From an uncultured Alphaproteobacteria bacterium (lineage in GTDB: Bacteria > Pseudomonadota > Alphaproteobacteria > Rhizobiales > Aestuariivirgaceae): a DNA stretch of 64,000 nucleotides. The position numbers and the translations under genes were made by a program. Under the pieces are notes generated by a model. That model saw only the letters and a program-made list of their open reading frames with translations, searched no databases and was not told where the DNA came from. The DNA lies in assembly GCA_963744915.1 (NCBI GenBank), contig CAVUUY010000011.1, positions 46,197 through 110,196 on the forward strand, in the 5' to 3' direction. How positions within the stretch are numbered: the stretch's first letter is position 1; every line of letters begins with the position of its first letter. Positions 21,414 through 31,766 of the stretch are shown piece after piece.

Positions 21414-24400
21414 ATGGACACTGAAATGAGCACAGCGGTGACTACCAGCAAACGGGTCGGGGGGACCGATTCGGGCCTCGCCGCATTCAGCCGCCAGCTC
21501 TTCGCCGGCGCGGCGGAGGACGATCTCGCGGCCCACAGCGCCGAAGATCTCCAGGCCATCGCGGCGCGGGCCTATGGCTTTTTCAGCGACCGGGTGCCGG
21601 GACGGACCCAGATCCGGCTGTCGCCGGCAACCGGCAATGGCGACCGGGACGCGATGACGGCCATCGAGATCGCCAATGACGACATGCCGTTCCTGGTCGA
21701 TTCGACCCTCAACGTCCTGAACGAGCTCGGTTATCCGATCCTGTTCGTGCTCCACCCGATCATTGCGGTCCAGCGCGACGCCCGGGGCAAGCTGATCGAG
21801 GTGCTCCAACCCGGCAGCACCGCCGAAGGCGGGGTGCGCGAAAGCTTCATGTATATCGAGGTGGCCGGCGTCGTCAGCGAGGCGCAGCGCGAGCGGCTGA
21901 AGCAGGAGCTCGAACGCACCCTGGCCGATGTCCTCACCGCAGTGCTGGACTGGCGGCCGATGCAGCGCCGGGTGCTCGATGCGATCGAGGCCTATCATCG
22001 CAACCCGCCGCCGATCCCGGTCGAGGAGCTGACCGAGGGCATGGCCTTCCTGCAATGGCTGCTCGACGACCATTTCACCTTCCTCGGCGCCCGCAACTAC
22101 AAATTCGCCCGGAGCGCCGAGAGCGGCGAGCTCGAGCCGGTGCCGGGGAGCGGCCTCGGCATCCTGCGCGATCCCGCCATGCAGGTGCTGCGGCGCGGTG
22201 GCGCCATGGTGACGATCACGCCGGAGATCCGCGCTTTCCTGATGCAGCCGGCGCCGCTCATCATCACCAAGTCCGACGTCATGGCGACGGTCCATCGCCG
22301 GGCGCCCATGGACTATGTCGGCATCAAGCAGTTCGACGCTTCAGGCGAGCTCACCGGCGAGCTGCGCGTGGTCGGCCTGTTCACCTCGACCGCCTATACC
22401 AGGAGCCCGCGCGAAATCCCGCTGATCCGCCGCAAGATCGAGCGGGTGGTGACGGCGAGCGGGTTCAACCCGCAGAGCCATTCGGGCAAGGGTCTCATCA
22501 ATGTTCTCGAGACCTTTCCGCGCGACGAGCTGTTCCAGATGGACGTCCCGACGCTGTCGACCATGGCGCATGGCATCATGCGGCTGGCCGAGCGGCCGCG
22601 CGCCCGCCTGTTCGTGCGCCGCGACAAGTTCGACCGCTTCATCTCGGCCTTCGTGTTCCTGCCGCGCGACCGCTTCAACACCGACAACCGGATCAAGGTC
22701 GGCGAGCTGATCGCCGAGGCCTATGGCGGCAAGGTGACGAGCTTCGAGCCGGCATTTGGCGAGGGGACGATGGTGCGGGTGCATTTCATCATCGCCCGCG
22801 ACCCCGAAACGACGCCGTCGCCCGACCCGGACAAGCTCGAAGATGCGATCCGCGCCGTCATCCGGACCTGGGACGACAGGCTCGCGGCGGCGGCCGCAGC
22901 GGCTCTCGGCACGCTGGCGGCGCAGCGCATCGAGGAACGGTTCCGTGGGGCGTTTCCGGCGGGCTACACCGAGCTCTACAGCCCGCAGGAATTGCTCGAG
23001 GACATTGCCGAGATCGACAGGCTGAGCGACGGCGGCATTGCCGTCGCGGTGTGGCGCAGCCCGGAGGACGGCCCCGCGATCTGTCGGGTCAAGCTCTATC
23101 GCTTCGGCCAGCCGATCCTTTTGTCATCGCGGCTGCCGGTGCTCGAGGCGATGGGTCTCAAGGCGATCGAGGAGCACAGCTTCACCTTGAGCCCGATGAT
23201 CGATGGCGCGCGGCGGCAGGTGTTCGTTCACGACGTCGCGATGGCGGCGCCGAGCCCGGAGCTTCTTGCCGGTCCGGACGTGCCGACCCGGCTCGAAAAT
23301 GCATTCCTGGCCGTGTGGCACGGGATTGCCGAGAACGACGCGTTCAACGGCCTGATCCTGTCGGCCGGGCTCGACTGGCGCCAGGTGGTGGTGCTCAGGG
23401 CCTGTGGCAAATTTCTGCGCCAGGCCGGCATCCAGTTCTCGAATGCCTACATCATGCAGACGATCCTCAAGCACTCGGCGATCGCCCGCGAGCTTGTGGC
23501 GCTGTTCGAGATCCGGTTCGATCCCAAGAGCGGCCTTGCCATCGAGGAGCGCCAGGCGCGCGGCAACCAGATGGTGGCCGAGATCGAGGGCCGTCTCGAA
23601 TCGGTGCCGAGCCTCGATGAGGACCGCATTCTCCGCCGCTTCCTCCGGCTGATCCAGGCGCTGCTGCGCACCACCTATTACCAGCCGGCGCCCGAGGACG
23701 AGCGCTATCCCACGGTGTCGTTCAAGATCGACAGCCGCTCGCTGGACGAGCTGCCGGAACCGCGGCCATTCGCGGAGATCTTCGTCTATTCGCCGCGGTT
23801 CGAGGGCGTGCATCTGAGGGCTGGGCCGATTGCCCGCGGCGGCCTGCGCTGGTCGGACCGGCCGGAAGATTTCCGCACTGAAATCCTGGGGCTGGAAAAG
23901 GCGCAGAACGTCAAGAATGCGGTGATCGTTCCGGTCGGCGCCAAGGGCGGTTTCGTGCCGAAGCATTTGCCGGTCGGCGGCAGCCGCGACGCGGTGCTGG
24001 CGGAAGGGACGAGCGCCTACAAGCTGTTCGTCTCGAGCCTGCTCGATCTCACCGACAACATCGTCGAGGGCAAGACGCAGCCGCCGCCCGATGTGGTGCG
24101 GTTCGACCATGACGATCCCTATTTGGTGGTGGCGGCCGACAAGGGCACCGCAACCTTCTCGGACATCGCCAACGCCATCGCCGAGGAGCATCATTTCTGG
24201 CTGGACGATGCCTTCGCCTCCGGCGGCTCGGCAGGCTACGACCACAAGGGCATGGGGATCACCGCACGCGGTGCCTGGGTGGCGGTGAAACGGCATTTCC
24301 GGGAGATGGATGTCGATATCCAGACGACGCCGTTCACGGTCGCCGGGGTTGGCGACATGTCGGGCGACGTGTTCGGCAACGGCATGCTGCTGTCGCGGCA

Positions 24401-26219
24401 GATCCGGCTCGTCGCGGCTTTCGATCATCGCGACATCTTCATCGATCCGAACCCCGAGCCTGAAACCAGCTTCGCCGAACGCCAAAGGCTGTTCGAGCTG
24501 CCGCGCTCGAGCTGGCGCGACTACGATCCCCGCCAGATCAGCCAAGGCGGTGGCGTGTTCTCGCGCGGCCTCAAGGCCGTGCCGCTGACGGCGGAGATCC
24601 GCGCCCTGACCGGGTTGTCCCAGGACAGCGTGACGCCCAACGAGCTGGTCACCGCGATCCTGAAGCTCAAGGTCGACCTGATGTGGTTCGGCGGCATCGG
24701 CACCTATGTGCGGGGCAGCCATGAAACCAATGTCGATGTCGGCGACCGTGCCAATGACGCGGTGCGGATCAGCGCCGACCAGCTCCAGGCCACGGTGGTG
24801 GGCGAGGGTGCCAATCTCGCCTTGACACAGCGCGGGCGGATCGATTTCGCCCTGGCCGGCGGGCGCATCAACACCGATGCGGTCGACAATTCAGCCGGGG
24901 TCAACTCCTCGGATGTCGAAGTCAACATCAAGATCGCAACGGGTGCGGCGGAAGCAGCGGGCGAGCTGACGCGGCCGGACCGCAACCGGCTGCTCGTCGC
25001 CATGACCGACGATGTGGCGCGGGCAGTGTTGCGCAACAACTATCTGCAGACGCTCTGCCTGAGCATGGCGCAAATACGCGGGATCGAGGAATTCGCCCCC
25101 AATGCGCGGCTGATCCGGACGCTCGAGGCGGCGCAGCGGCTGGTACGCCATCTCGAGCAGCTGCCTGACGAGACCGAGCTCAGTGAGCGCGAGGCGGCCA
25201 AGCGGCCGCTGACCCGGCCGGAGCTCGCCGTGCTGATGGCGCATGCCAAGCTTGCGCTTTTCGATGAGCTCAACCACTCGCCGGTGCCGGACGATCCCTA
25301 TCTCGGGCGCGAGCTCCTGCGCTATTTCCCGCGCCAGCTGTCGGAAGCCTTTCCCGAGGCCGTCAACCACCATCGGCTGCGGCGGGAAATCATTTCGACG
25401 CAGCTTGCGAACAGCATGATCAATCGCGGCGGGCCCAATTTCGTATGGCGGCTGAAGGAGGAGACCGGCTTCGGGGTGACCGAGATTGCCGGCGCCTATG
25501 CGATGGCGCGCGACAGCTTCGATTTCGTGGCGCTGAACGGGCTCGTCGATACGCTCGACGACAAGATCGGCGGCCGTTGCCAGCTCGATCTTTACATCGA
25601 GCTGCAGAACCTGCTGCGGCGCGGCACCATCTGGTTCCTGCGCAATGTCCCCCTCGCCGCCGGGCTGGCCGAGCTCGTTGCCCAATATGCGGCAGGAATC
25701 GCCGAGCTTTCCCAGATACTCGACCAGGTCCTGCCGCCGAGCGCCTTGCAGCGGATGGCGGATCGCCGCCAGGTGCTGCTCGATCAGGGCATTCCCGCCG
25801 CCGTGGCGGAGCGCTTCGCCGGCTTGCGGTATCTGCAGCGGGCGCCGGACATCGTCCAGGTTGCCGCGCGGGCGAAGGAGCCCATCAAGACGGTGGCGCA
25901 GCTGTTTTTCGAGGTCGGCAGCGCGCTGGCCATCGATCGATTGGTAGGGCAGGCAATGCAGATCCCGCCGTCGCGCTTTCATGAGCGCCTCGCCATCAAC
26001 CGCACCGTCGACGGCATCCTTCAAATCCACCGGGCGATTGCCGCCCGGGCCATGAAGGGCGATGGCGCGGCTCAGGGCTGGTCGGCCTGGAGCGCCGGTC
26101 GCGCCGAGCTGCTGCAGCGGACGCGCCGGGAGATCGATCAGCTTCTGCGGAAGCGGCCCTTCGACCTGGCGCGCCTGTCGCTTGCCGCCAACCAGCTCGC
26201 CGAGCTCGCCAAGGACTGA
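21414..26219 (+). CDS. gdhB: NAD-specific glutamate dehydrogenase (large ~180-kDa class)
   Basis: 1601-aa ORF. The catalytic-core region reads GGLRWSDRPEDFRTEILGLEKAQNVKNAVIVPVGAKGGF ... AADKGTATFSDIAN ... GYDHKGMGITARGAW. Confidence 0.93.
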   Translation: MDTEMSTAVTTSKRVGGTDSGLAAFSRQLFAGAAEDDLAAHSAEDLQAIAARAYGFFSDRVPGRTQIRLSPATGNGDRDAMTAIEIANDDMPFLVDSTLNVLNELGYPILFVLHPIIAVQRDARGKLIEVLQPGSTAEGGVRESFMYIEVAGVVSEAQRERLKQELERTLADVLTAVLDWRPMQRRVLDAIEAYHRNPPPIPVEELTEGMAFLQWLLDDHFTFLGARNYKFARSAESGELEPVPGSGLGILRDPAMQVLRRGGAMVTITPEIRAFLMQPAPLIITKSDVMATVHRRAPMDYVGIKQFDASGELTGELRVVGLFTSTAYTRSPREIPLIRRKIERVVTASGFNPQSHSGKGLINVLETFPRDELFQMDVPTLSTMAHGIMRLAERPRARLFVRRDKFDRFISAFVFLPRDRFNTDNRIKVGELIAEAYGGKVTSFEPAFGEGTMVRVHFIIARDPETTPSPDPDKLEDAIRAVIRTWDDRLAAAAAAALGTLAAQRIEERFRGAFPAGYTELYSPQELLEDIAEIDRLSDGGIAVAVWRSPEDGPAICRVKLYRFGQPILLSSRLPVLEAMGLKAIEEHSFTLSPMIDGARRQVFVHDVAMAAPSPELLAGPDVPTRLENAFLAVWHGIAENDAFNGLILSAGLDWRQVVVLRACGKFLRQAGIQFSNAYIMQTILKHSAIARELVALFEIRFDPKSGLAIEERQARGNQMVAEIEGRLESVPSLDEDRILRRFLRLIQALLRTTYYQPAPEDERYPTVSFKIDSRSLDELPEPRPFAEIFVYSPRFEGVHLRAGPIARGGLRWSDRPEDFRTEILGLEKAQNVKNAVIVPVGAKGGFVPKHLPVGGSRDAVLAEGTSAYKLFVSSLLDLTDNIVEGKTQPPPDVVRFDHDDPYLVVAADKGTATFSDIANAIAEEHHFWLDDAFASGGSAGYDHKGMGITARGAWVAVKRHFREMDVDIQTTPFTVAGVGDMSGDVFGNGMLLSRQIRLVAAFDHRDIFIDPNPEPETSFAERQRLFELPRSSWRDYDPRQISQGGGVFSRGLKAVPLTAEIRALTGLSQDSVTPNELVTAILKLKVDLMWFGGIGTYVRGSHETNVDVGDRANDAVRISADQLQATVVGEGANLALTQRGRIDFALAGGRINTDAVDNSAGVNSSDVEVNIKIATGAAEAAGELTRPDRNRLLVAMTDDVARAVLRNNYLQTLCLSMAQIRGIEEFAPNARLIRTLEAAQRLVRHLEQLPDETELSEREAAKRPLTRPELAVLMAHAKLALFDELNHSPVPDDPYLGRELLRYFPRQLSEAFPEAVNHHRLRREIISTQLANSMINRGGPNFVWRLKEETGFGVTEIAGAYAMARDSFDFVALNGLVDTLDDKIGGRCQLDLYIELQNLLRRGTIWFLRNVPLAAGLAELVAQYAAGIAELSQILDQVLPPSALQRMADRRQVLLDQGIPAAVAERFAGLRYLQRAPDIVQVAARAKEPIKTVAQLFFEVGSALAIDRLVGQAMQIPPSRFHERLAINRTVDGILQIHRAIAARAMKGDGAAQGWSAWSAGRAELLQRTRREIDQLLRKRPFDLARLSLAANQLAELAKD

Positions 26220-26275
26220 CGGGTGACAGGCGGCGCCCGCTTGAGGTGACGGCCATTTTGGGCCAGTCTTCACCC

Positions 26276-27451
26276 ATGCGAGAACAGCGTGACGTCGTTG
26301 TGGTGGGCGGAGCCGTGGTCGGCTCGGCCGTCGCCTATGCATTGAAAAAGGGCGGTTTCCCAGGAAGCGTCCTGGTCATCGAGCGCGATCCGACCTACAG
26401 CAGGGCTAGCACGACGCTGTCCTGCGGCGGCATTCGCCAGCAATTCTCGACGGAGGAGAACATCCTCCTGTCGCAATACGGGCTTCGGCTGATCCGTGCT
26501 CTGCAAGAGGAGCATGGGAGCGATGCCGGAATCGGCTTTCGCGAGCAGGGCTATCTGATCCTGGCGAGCGAGGAGGGCGCGGAAACCATGAGCGCCAATG
26601 TCGCGCTGCAGCGCCGGCTCGGGGCGGATATCGCGCTGCTCGACCGGAAGGATCTCACCGCGCGCTTCCCATGGATCTCGGTCGAGGGGGTGGCATGCGG
26701 CGGCTTCGGAGAGAGCGGCGAGGGCTGGTTCGATCCATGGGCGTGGATGAATCGGCTCCGCAGCGGCTCGCGGGCGCTCGGCGCCGAATGGCTGACCGGC
26801 GAGGTCACCGCGCTCGAGCATGACGGCAATCGGGTCGGTGGCGTCAAGCTGGGCGATGGACGGACGATCGACTGTGGCGTGCTGGTGAATGCCGCCGGAC
26901 CCGCCGCCGGCAAGATCGCAGGGCTGGCCGGCATTGCGCTCCCGGTCGGGCCGCGCAAGCGCTACGTCTTCGTGTTCGATTGCCGCGATGCCTCGGAAGC
27001 ACTGCACCAGGCGCCGCTCACCATCGATACGAGCGGACTTTACGTCCGGCCGGAGGGCCGGCAATTCATCACCGGCCTGTCGCCGGAAGAGGGGAACGAG
27101 CCGCGGCAACTCGATTTCGACGTTGACCACCGCTGGTTCGAAGACGAGATCTGGCCGCGGCTTGCCGGGCGCGTGCCGACTTTCGAGGCGATAAAGGCGA
27201 CCAATTCCTGGGTCGGGCATTACGACTACAATGATCTCGACCAGAACGCGATCGTCGGCCCGCACCCGCGCCTGAGCAATTTCTATTTCGCCAACGGCTT
27301 TTCCGGACATGGCTTGCAGCAGGCGCCGGCGGTCGGGCAGGCCGTTGCCGAGCACATCATGCATGGCGAATACCGCACCATCGACGTGACGCGTTTTGGC
27401 TATCAGCGCATCGCTGCCGGCGCGCCGCTTGCCGAGCTCAATGTCATCTGA
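26276..27451 (+). CDS. FAD-dependent oxidoreductase (DAO/sarcosine-oxidase-beta-like family)
   Basis: ATG at 26276 gives MREQRDVVVVGGAVVGSAVAYAL, a Rossmann GxGxxG motif. The C-terminal region has NGFSGHGLQQAP. A GTG at 26246 is an alternative start. Confidence 0.8.
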   Translation: MREQRDVVVVGGAVVGSAVAYALKKGGFPGSVLVIERDPTYSRASTTLSCGGIRQQFSTEENILLSQYGLRLIRALQEEHGSDAGIGFREQGYLILASEEGAETMSANVALQRRLGADIALLDRKDLTARFPWISVEGVACGGFGESGEGWFDPWAWMNRLRSGSRALGAEWLTGEVTALEHDGNRVGGVKLGDGRTIDCGVLVNAAGPAAGKIAGLAGIALPVGPRKRYVFVFDCRDASEALHQAPLTIDTSGLYVRPEGRQFITGLSPEEGNEPRQLDFDVDHRWFEDEIWPRLAGRVPTFEAIKATNSWVGHYDYNDLDQNAIVGPHPRLSNFYFANGFSGHGLQQAPAVGQAVAEHIMHGEYRTIDVTRFGYQRIAAGAPLAELNVI

Positions 27452-28265
27452 AGAGCGTGCCGCATTGCAAAGGAAGCCGGGCGACGATGCGGTCGTCGCC
27501 ATCGCCTCCGCCGTGGCCTATGGCAATGTCGGATTGCGCGCGACGGTGGCCGGCCTGCATGCCTTGCGCCGGCGGGCGATCGAGCTGCCGACGGTGGTGC
27601 TGTCGAACCATCCGGGCATGGGCCGGCCCGCCGGTCTGCGGCTTCCGGCCCTGGAGCTCGGCGCCATGATGGACGCGCTGGACCGGCTCGGCGTGCTTGA
27701 TCGCGCGGCCGCGGTGATGACGGGGTATTTCGCCAGCGCCGATCAGGTCCTTGTGGTCGCCGACCGCCTTGCCCGCCTGAAGGACAGACGCGCTGATCTC
27801 ATCGTCCTTGTCGACCCGGTGATCGGCGATGAGGAAGGCGGGCTCTATGTCGGGGAACCAGTGGCGGCGGCCATCCGCGACCGGCTTCTGCCCATCGCCT
27901 CCATCGCGACGCCGAACCTTTTCGAGCTCGGCTGGCTGTCCTCGCGCACCATTGCCAGCGACCAGGATGCGGTGGCGGCGGCGCTGGCCCTGCCTGTCCC
28001 CGAGACGGTGGCGACATCGGCTGCGGCATCGGAATTGGAAATCGTGACGATGGCCATCGCGCGCGGAACGGTGGCGCGGTGGGCGAGCCCCCGGCGCGCG
28101 GCGGTGCCACATGGCACGGGCGACCTTCTGGCCGGACTCTATCTCGGCCACAGGCTGTCCGGCGCCGATGCCGGCTCAAGCCTTGCCGGCGCGATGCGGC
28201 TGCTCGAGACGGTGGTCGAGCGCAGCGCCGGTCGCGCGGTCCTCGATCTGGAGATCCCATGCTGA
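27441..28265 (+). CDS. pdxY: pyridoxal/pyridoxamine kinase
   Basis: The ATG at 27441 overlaps the 3' end of the upstream gene. AIASAVAYGNVGLRA, LVDPVIGDE and TPNLFEL fit the PdxY/PdxK ribokinase-fold family. Confidence 0.75.
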   Translation: MSSEERAALQRKPGDDAVVAIASAVAYGNVGLRATVAGLHALRRRAIELPTVVLSNHPGMGRPAGLRLPALELGAMMDALDRLGVLDRAAAVMTGYFASADQVLVVADRLARLKDRRADLIVLVDPVIGDEEGGLYVGEPVAAAIRDRLLPIASIATPNLFELGWLSSRTIASDQDAVAAALALPVPETVATSAAASELEIVTMAIARGTVARWASPRRAAVPHGTGDLLAGLYLGHRLSGADAGSSLAGAMRLLETVVERSAGRAVLDLEIPC

Positions 28266-29194
28266 ACCGTCAGTCCATCGCCGCTATGCACCGGTTGATC
28301 GCTCCGCATATCCGGCGCACCCCCGTCATCGACATCCATCTCGATGGTCTGCAGCGGCCGGTTACGCTCAAGCTCGAATGCCTGCAGGTCACCGGCTCGT
28401 TCAAGGCCCGCGGCGCCTATGCCAACATGGTGGGCCTCGAGCCGCCGCCGGCCGGGGTGACGGCAGCATCCGGCGGCAATCACGGCATCGCCGTGGCACG
28501 GGCGGCGGCCACGCTCGGGGTCAAGGCACGGATCTTCGTTCCCGAGATCTCCTCGCCCGCCAAGGTGGCGCGGATCAGGCAGGAGGGCGCCGAGGTGACG
28601 ATCGTGGGCGCCCGGTATGCCGATTTACTCGCCGCCTCGGAGGCCTATGCGGCGGAAAGCGGGGCGTTGCCGATCCACGCCTATAATGCCGAGGCGACGC
28701 TGCTCGGCCAGGGCACCATCGCGGCGGAGCTGGAGGCCCAGGCCAGCGATCTCGACACCATCATGGTCGCGGTCGGCGGCGGCGGGCTGATCGGCGGCAT
28801 CGCGGCGTGGTATTCCGGGGCGCATCAGATCCTGGGTATCGAGCCCTCGGGGTGCAATACCCTGGCGGCGGCGCTGGAGGCGGGCGGCCCGGTTTTGGTC
28901 GAGACGCAGGGGATCGCCGCCGATTCGCTCGGCGCATCGCGGCTTGGCGATCTGTCCTATGCCATCATGGCCCAGACCGGTGCCCGCTCCGTGCTGGTCG
29001 AGGACCACGATATCAAATCGGCCCAGATGTGGCTGTGGGACAATCTCCGGCTTCTCACCGAGCCGGGAGGTGCAACGGCGCTCGCCCCCCTGCTGTCAGG
29101 CCGCTACCAGCCGCATCCCCACGAACGGATCGGGGTGGTGATCTGCGGCGCGAATGTGGATCCGGCAACATTTGCGCGAGCGGATGGCAAATAG
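28259..29194 (+). CDS. PLP-dependent threonine/serine dehydratase (serine-racemase-like fold-type II enzyme)
   Basis: The ATG at 28259 overlaps the pdxY end. It has LECLQVTGSFKARGA (PLP lysine), SGGNHG and AVGGGGLIGG. Confidence 0.8.
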   Translation: MLNRQSIAAMHRLIAPHIRRTPVIDIHLDGLQRPVTLKLECLQVTGSFKARGAYANMVGLEPPPAGVTAASGGNHGIAVARAAATLGVKARIFVPEISSPAKVARIRQEGAEVTIVGARYADLLAASEAYAAESGALPIHAYNAEATLLGQGTIAAELEAQASDLDTIMVAVGGGGLIGGIAAWYSGAHQILGIEPSGCNTLAAALEAGGPVLVETQGIAADSLGASRLGDLSYAIMAQTGARSVLVEDHDIKSAQMWLWDNLRLLTEPGGATALAPLLSGRYQPHPHERIGVVICGANVDPATFARADGK

Positions 29195-29311
29195 TGAGCG
29201 GTGAGTAGTGAGTAGTGAGTAGTGAGTAGTGAGTAGTGAAATAGTGAGTCGTTGCACTGAACTACGCCAATCGCTCATCGCTCTTTTCTACTCACTACTC
29301 ACTACTCACCC
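29193..29311. repeat. inverted heptamer arrays: (GTGAGTA)~7 ... (TACTCAC)3
   Basis: Five perfect GTGAGTA units at 29201-29235 have degenerate units on each side (29193-29250). A spacer of about 38 nt follows, then three perfect TACTCAC units (29289-29309), the exact reverse complement. The element fills the gap between the convergent stops at 29194 and 29315. Confidence 0.9.
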
Positions 29312-29314
29312 TTT

Positions 29315-30994
29315 TCAGAACAACCCCTCGATCTGGCCCTTCTTGTCGAGGCCGATGACTTCGGCCGAGGGGACCTTGGGCAGGCCCGGCATGGTCATGA
29401 CATCGCCGCAGATGGCGACGATGAACTCGGCCCCGGCGGACAGCCGGATCTCGCGGATCGGTACCACATGATGGCTCGGCGCTCCCTTGAGATTCGGATC
29501 GGTCGAGAAGGAATATTGCGTCTTGGCCATGCAGATGGGGAACTTGCCATAGCCTTGTGCCTCGAATTCGCGCAGCTGGTTCCTGACCGAGGTGTCGGCC
29601 ACGACATCGTCGGCGCGGTAGATTTCCGTGGCGATGGTCTTGATCTTTTCCCATAGCGGCAGGTCATCGCCATAAAGGGGCTTGAGCACGGGCTTGGAGC
29701 GCTCGGCCAAGGCGACGACATGGCGCGCCAGCGCCTCGGTGCCCTTGGAGCCCTCGGCCCAATGGGTGCAGCGGAACGCCTCGACGCCCTTTTCGGCGCA
29801 GAAGCTCCGGACGATTTCCGCTTCGGCCTCGGTATCGGTGATGAAGTTGTTGATGGCGACGGCGATCGGCAGATCGAACTTGGCCAGGTTCTCGAGATGG
29901 CGGCCGAGATTGACCAGCCCCTTCTTGAGGGCGGCGAGATTCTCGGTCTTGAGCTCCTCCTTGGACAGGCCGCCATGCATCTTCAATGCCCGGATGGTGG
30001 CCACCACCACGGCGGCGGCCGGAGCGAGGCCGGCCTTGCGGCATTTGATGTCGATGAACTTCTCCGCCCCGAGATCGGCGCCGAACCCTGCCTCGGTCAC
30101 AACATAATCGGCAAGCTTCAGGCCCGCCTTGGTGGCCATCACCGAATTGCAGCCATGGGCGATGTTGGCGAATGGCCCGCCATGAACGAAGGCGGGGTTG
30201 TTCTCGAGCGTCTGGACGAGGTTGGGCATCAGCGCGTCCTTGAGCAGGACGGTCATGGCGCCGGGCGCCTTCAGATCCTCGGCTCGGAGCGGCGTACGGT
30301 CGCGGCGGGCCGCGACGACAATCTGCGAGAGGCGCCGCTCGAGATCCGCGAGCGAGGTCGACAGGCAGAAAATGGCCATGATCTCCGAGGCGACGGTGAT
30401 GTCGAAGCCGGTCTCGCGCGGGTAGCCATTGGCAACGCCACCGAGCGAGGCGACGACCGCGCGAAGCGCCCGGTCGTTCATGTCGAGCACCCGCCGCCAG
30501 GCGACGCGCCGCGAATCGATTCCGAGCTCGTTGCCCCAGTAGATGTGATTGTCGATCATCGCCGACAGAAGGTTGTGGGCGGTGGTGATGGCGTGGAAGT
30601 CACCGGTGAAGTGGAGGTTGATGTCCTCCATCGGCACGATCTGCGCATAGCCGCCGCCGGCCGCGCCGCCCTTGACGCCGAAACAGGGCCCGAGCGAGGG
30701 TTCGCGCAGGCAGATGACCGCCTTCTTGCCGATGCGGTTGAGCCCATCGCCGAGGCCCACCGTGGTGGTGGTCTTGCCCTCGCCGGCCGGCGTCGGGGTG
30801 ATGGCGGTCACCAGGATCAGCTTGCCGTCCGGGCGGTCCTTCAGCGTCTCGAGAAAGTCGAGGCTGACCTTGGCCTTGGTATGACCATAAGGAATGAGGT
30901 GCTCGGAGCGGATCCCCAGGCGCTCGCCCACGTCCGCGATCGGCCGCATTTTGGCTGCACGGGCTATTTCAATATCGCTTTTGGGAGCCGACAT
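29315..30994 (-). CDS. fhs: formate--tetrahydrofolate ligase
   Basis: 559 aa with [39 protein letters not shown] and [12 protein letters not shown]. Confidence 0.95.
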   Translation of the reverse strand: MSAPKSDIEIARAAKMRPIADVGERLGIRSEHLIPYGHTKAKVSLDFLETLKDRPDGKLILVTAITPTPAGEGKTTTTVGLGDGLNRIGKKAVICLREPSLGPCFGVKGGAAGGGYAQIVPMEDINLHFTGDFHAITTAHNLLSAMIDNHIYWGNELGIDSRRVAWRRVLDMNDRALRAVVASLGGVANGYPRETGFDITVASEIMAIFCLSTSLADLERRLSQIVVAARRDRTPLRAEDLKAPGAMTVLLKDALMPNLVQTLENNPAFVHGGPFANIAHGCNSVMATKAGLKLADYVVTEAGFGADLGAEKFIDIKCRKAGLAPAAAVVVATIRALKMHGGLSKEELKTENLAALKKGLVNLGRHLENLAKFDLPIAVAINNFITDTEAEAEIVRSFCAEKGVEAFRCTHWAEGSKGTEALARHVVALAERSKPVLKPLYGDDLPLWEKIKTIATEIYRADDVVADTSVRNQLREFEAQGYGKFPICMAKTQYSFSTDPNLKGAPSHHVVPIREIRLSAGAEFIVAICGDVMTMPGLPKVPSAEVIGLDKKGQIEGLF

Positions 30995-31118
30995 CGCTTG
31001 TTCCTTCTAATACTTGGTGACTTTTCTACATCGGCGTCGGCCATCGCCACGAATGACTAATCGGTCATCGGCATGAGCACAGATCATGGCAAGACGGGAA
31101 GCGGCAGGGACCGGCTGA

Positions 31119-31766
31119 TCAGCTTTTGCGGCCGGCGGCGAGCTGTTCGATGCGGCGCTGGACCGCCTTCAGCTCCTCCTTGAGGGCACGGATGTCCTCC
31201 TCGGCCGAAGCGGCGGCGGGTTCGGACTGGGCGCCGGCCGCCGGGGCTGCCGCAGGGGCGCCGTTGGTGCCGCTGCCGGCCGGCGGCACGACGAAGGGAT
31301 TGAACATCTGCACGGCCTGCTGGAACATCGCGACATTGCGCCGTGCCTGCTCCTCTATGGCGCGGAACGGCTCGCCGCCGAAGGACTCCATCATCTGCTG
31401 GCGGAACCGCTCCTGCTCGCGGGTCAGGGATTCCAGGGAGAATTCGAGATAGCTCGGGATGAAGGCCTGCATGCTGTCGCCGTAAAATCGGATCAGCTGG
31501 CGCAAAAAGCGGATGGGCAGCAGATTCTGACCCTTGTTCTCCTCGTCGAAGATGATCTGGGTCAGCACCGAGCGGGTGATGTCCTCGCCGGTTTTGGCGT
31601 CATAAACCGAGAAATCATTACCTTTCTTGACCATCTCTGAAAGGTCGTCGAGGGTCACATAGCTGCTCGTCGACGTGTTGTAGAGGCGGCGATTGGCGTA
31701 TTTCTTGATCACCACCGTGTTGGCGGCGGAATCGCTGTTAGAGGGGGCGGGTTCAGGCGTGCCCAA
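31119..31766 (-). CDS. phaR: polyhydroxyalkanoate synthesis repressor PhaR
   Basis: VIKKYANRRLYNTSTSSYVTLDDLSEMVKKG is the PhaR N-terminal signature. The probable TTG start at 31766 is preceded by GGAAGGA. The ORF-track start at 31928 adds 54 non-conserved residues. Confidence 0.8.
   Translation of the reverse strand: MGTPEPAPSNSDSAANTVVIKKYANRRLYNTSTSSYVTLDDLSEMVKKGNDFSVYDAKTGEDITRSVLTQIIFDEENKGQNLLPIRFLRQLIRFYGDSMQAFIPSYLEFSLESLTREQERFRQQMMESFGGEPFRAIEEQARRNVAMFQQAVQMFNPFVVPPAGSGTNGAPAAAPAAGAQSEPAAASAEEDIRALKEELKAVQRRIEQLAAGRKS

Noticed and set aside
29201-29235. Resemblance of GTGAGTA to intron 5' splice-site or group II intron 5' consensus sequences.
   Set aside because: It is a tandem array in a 120-nt intergenic gap. 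There is no intron-encoded ORF, no domain V/VI-like structure, and no interrupted gene. The resemblance is coincidental.
29193-29311. Heptamer arrays as possible CRISPR arrays (also 40302-40411 and 48132-48169).
   Set aside because: The units are 7 nt with no spacers, there are no cas genes, and the arrays are only 28-120 nt long. They are simple tandem repeats, not CRISPR.
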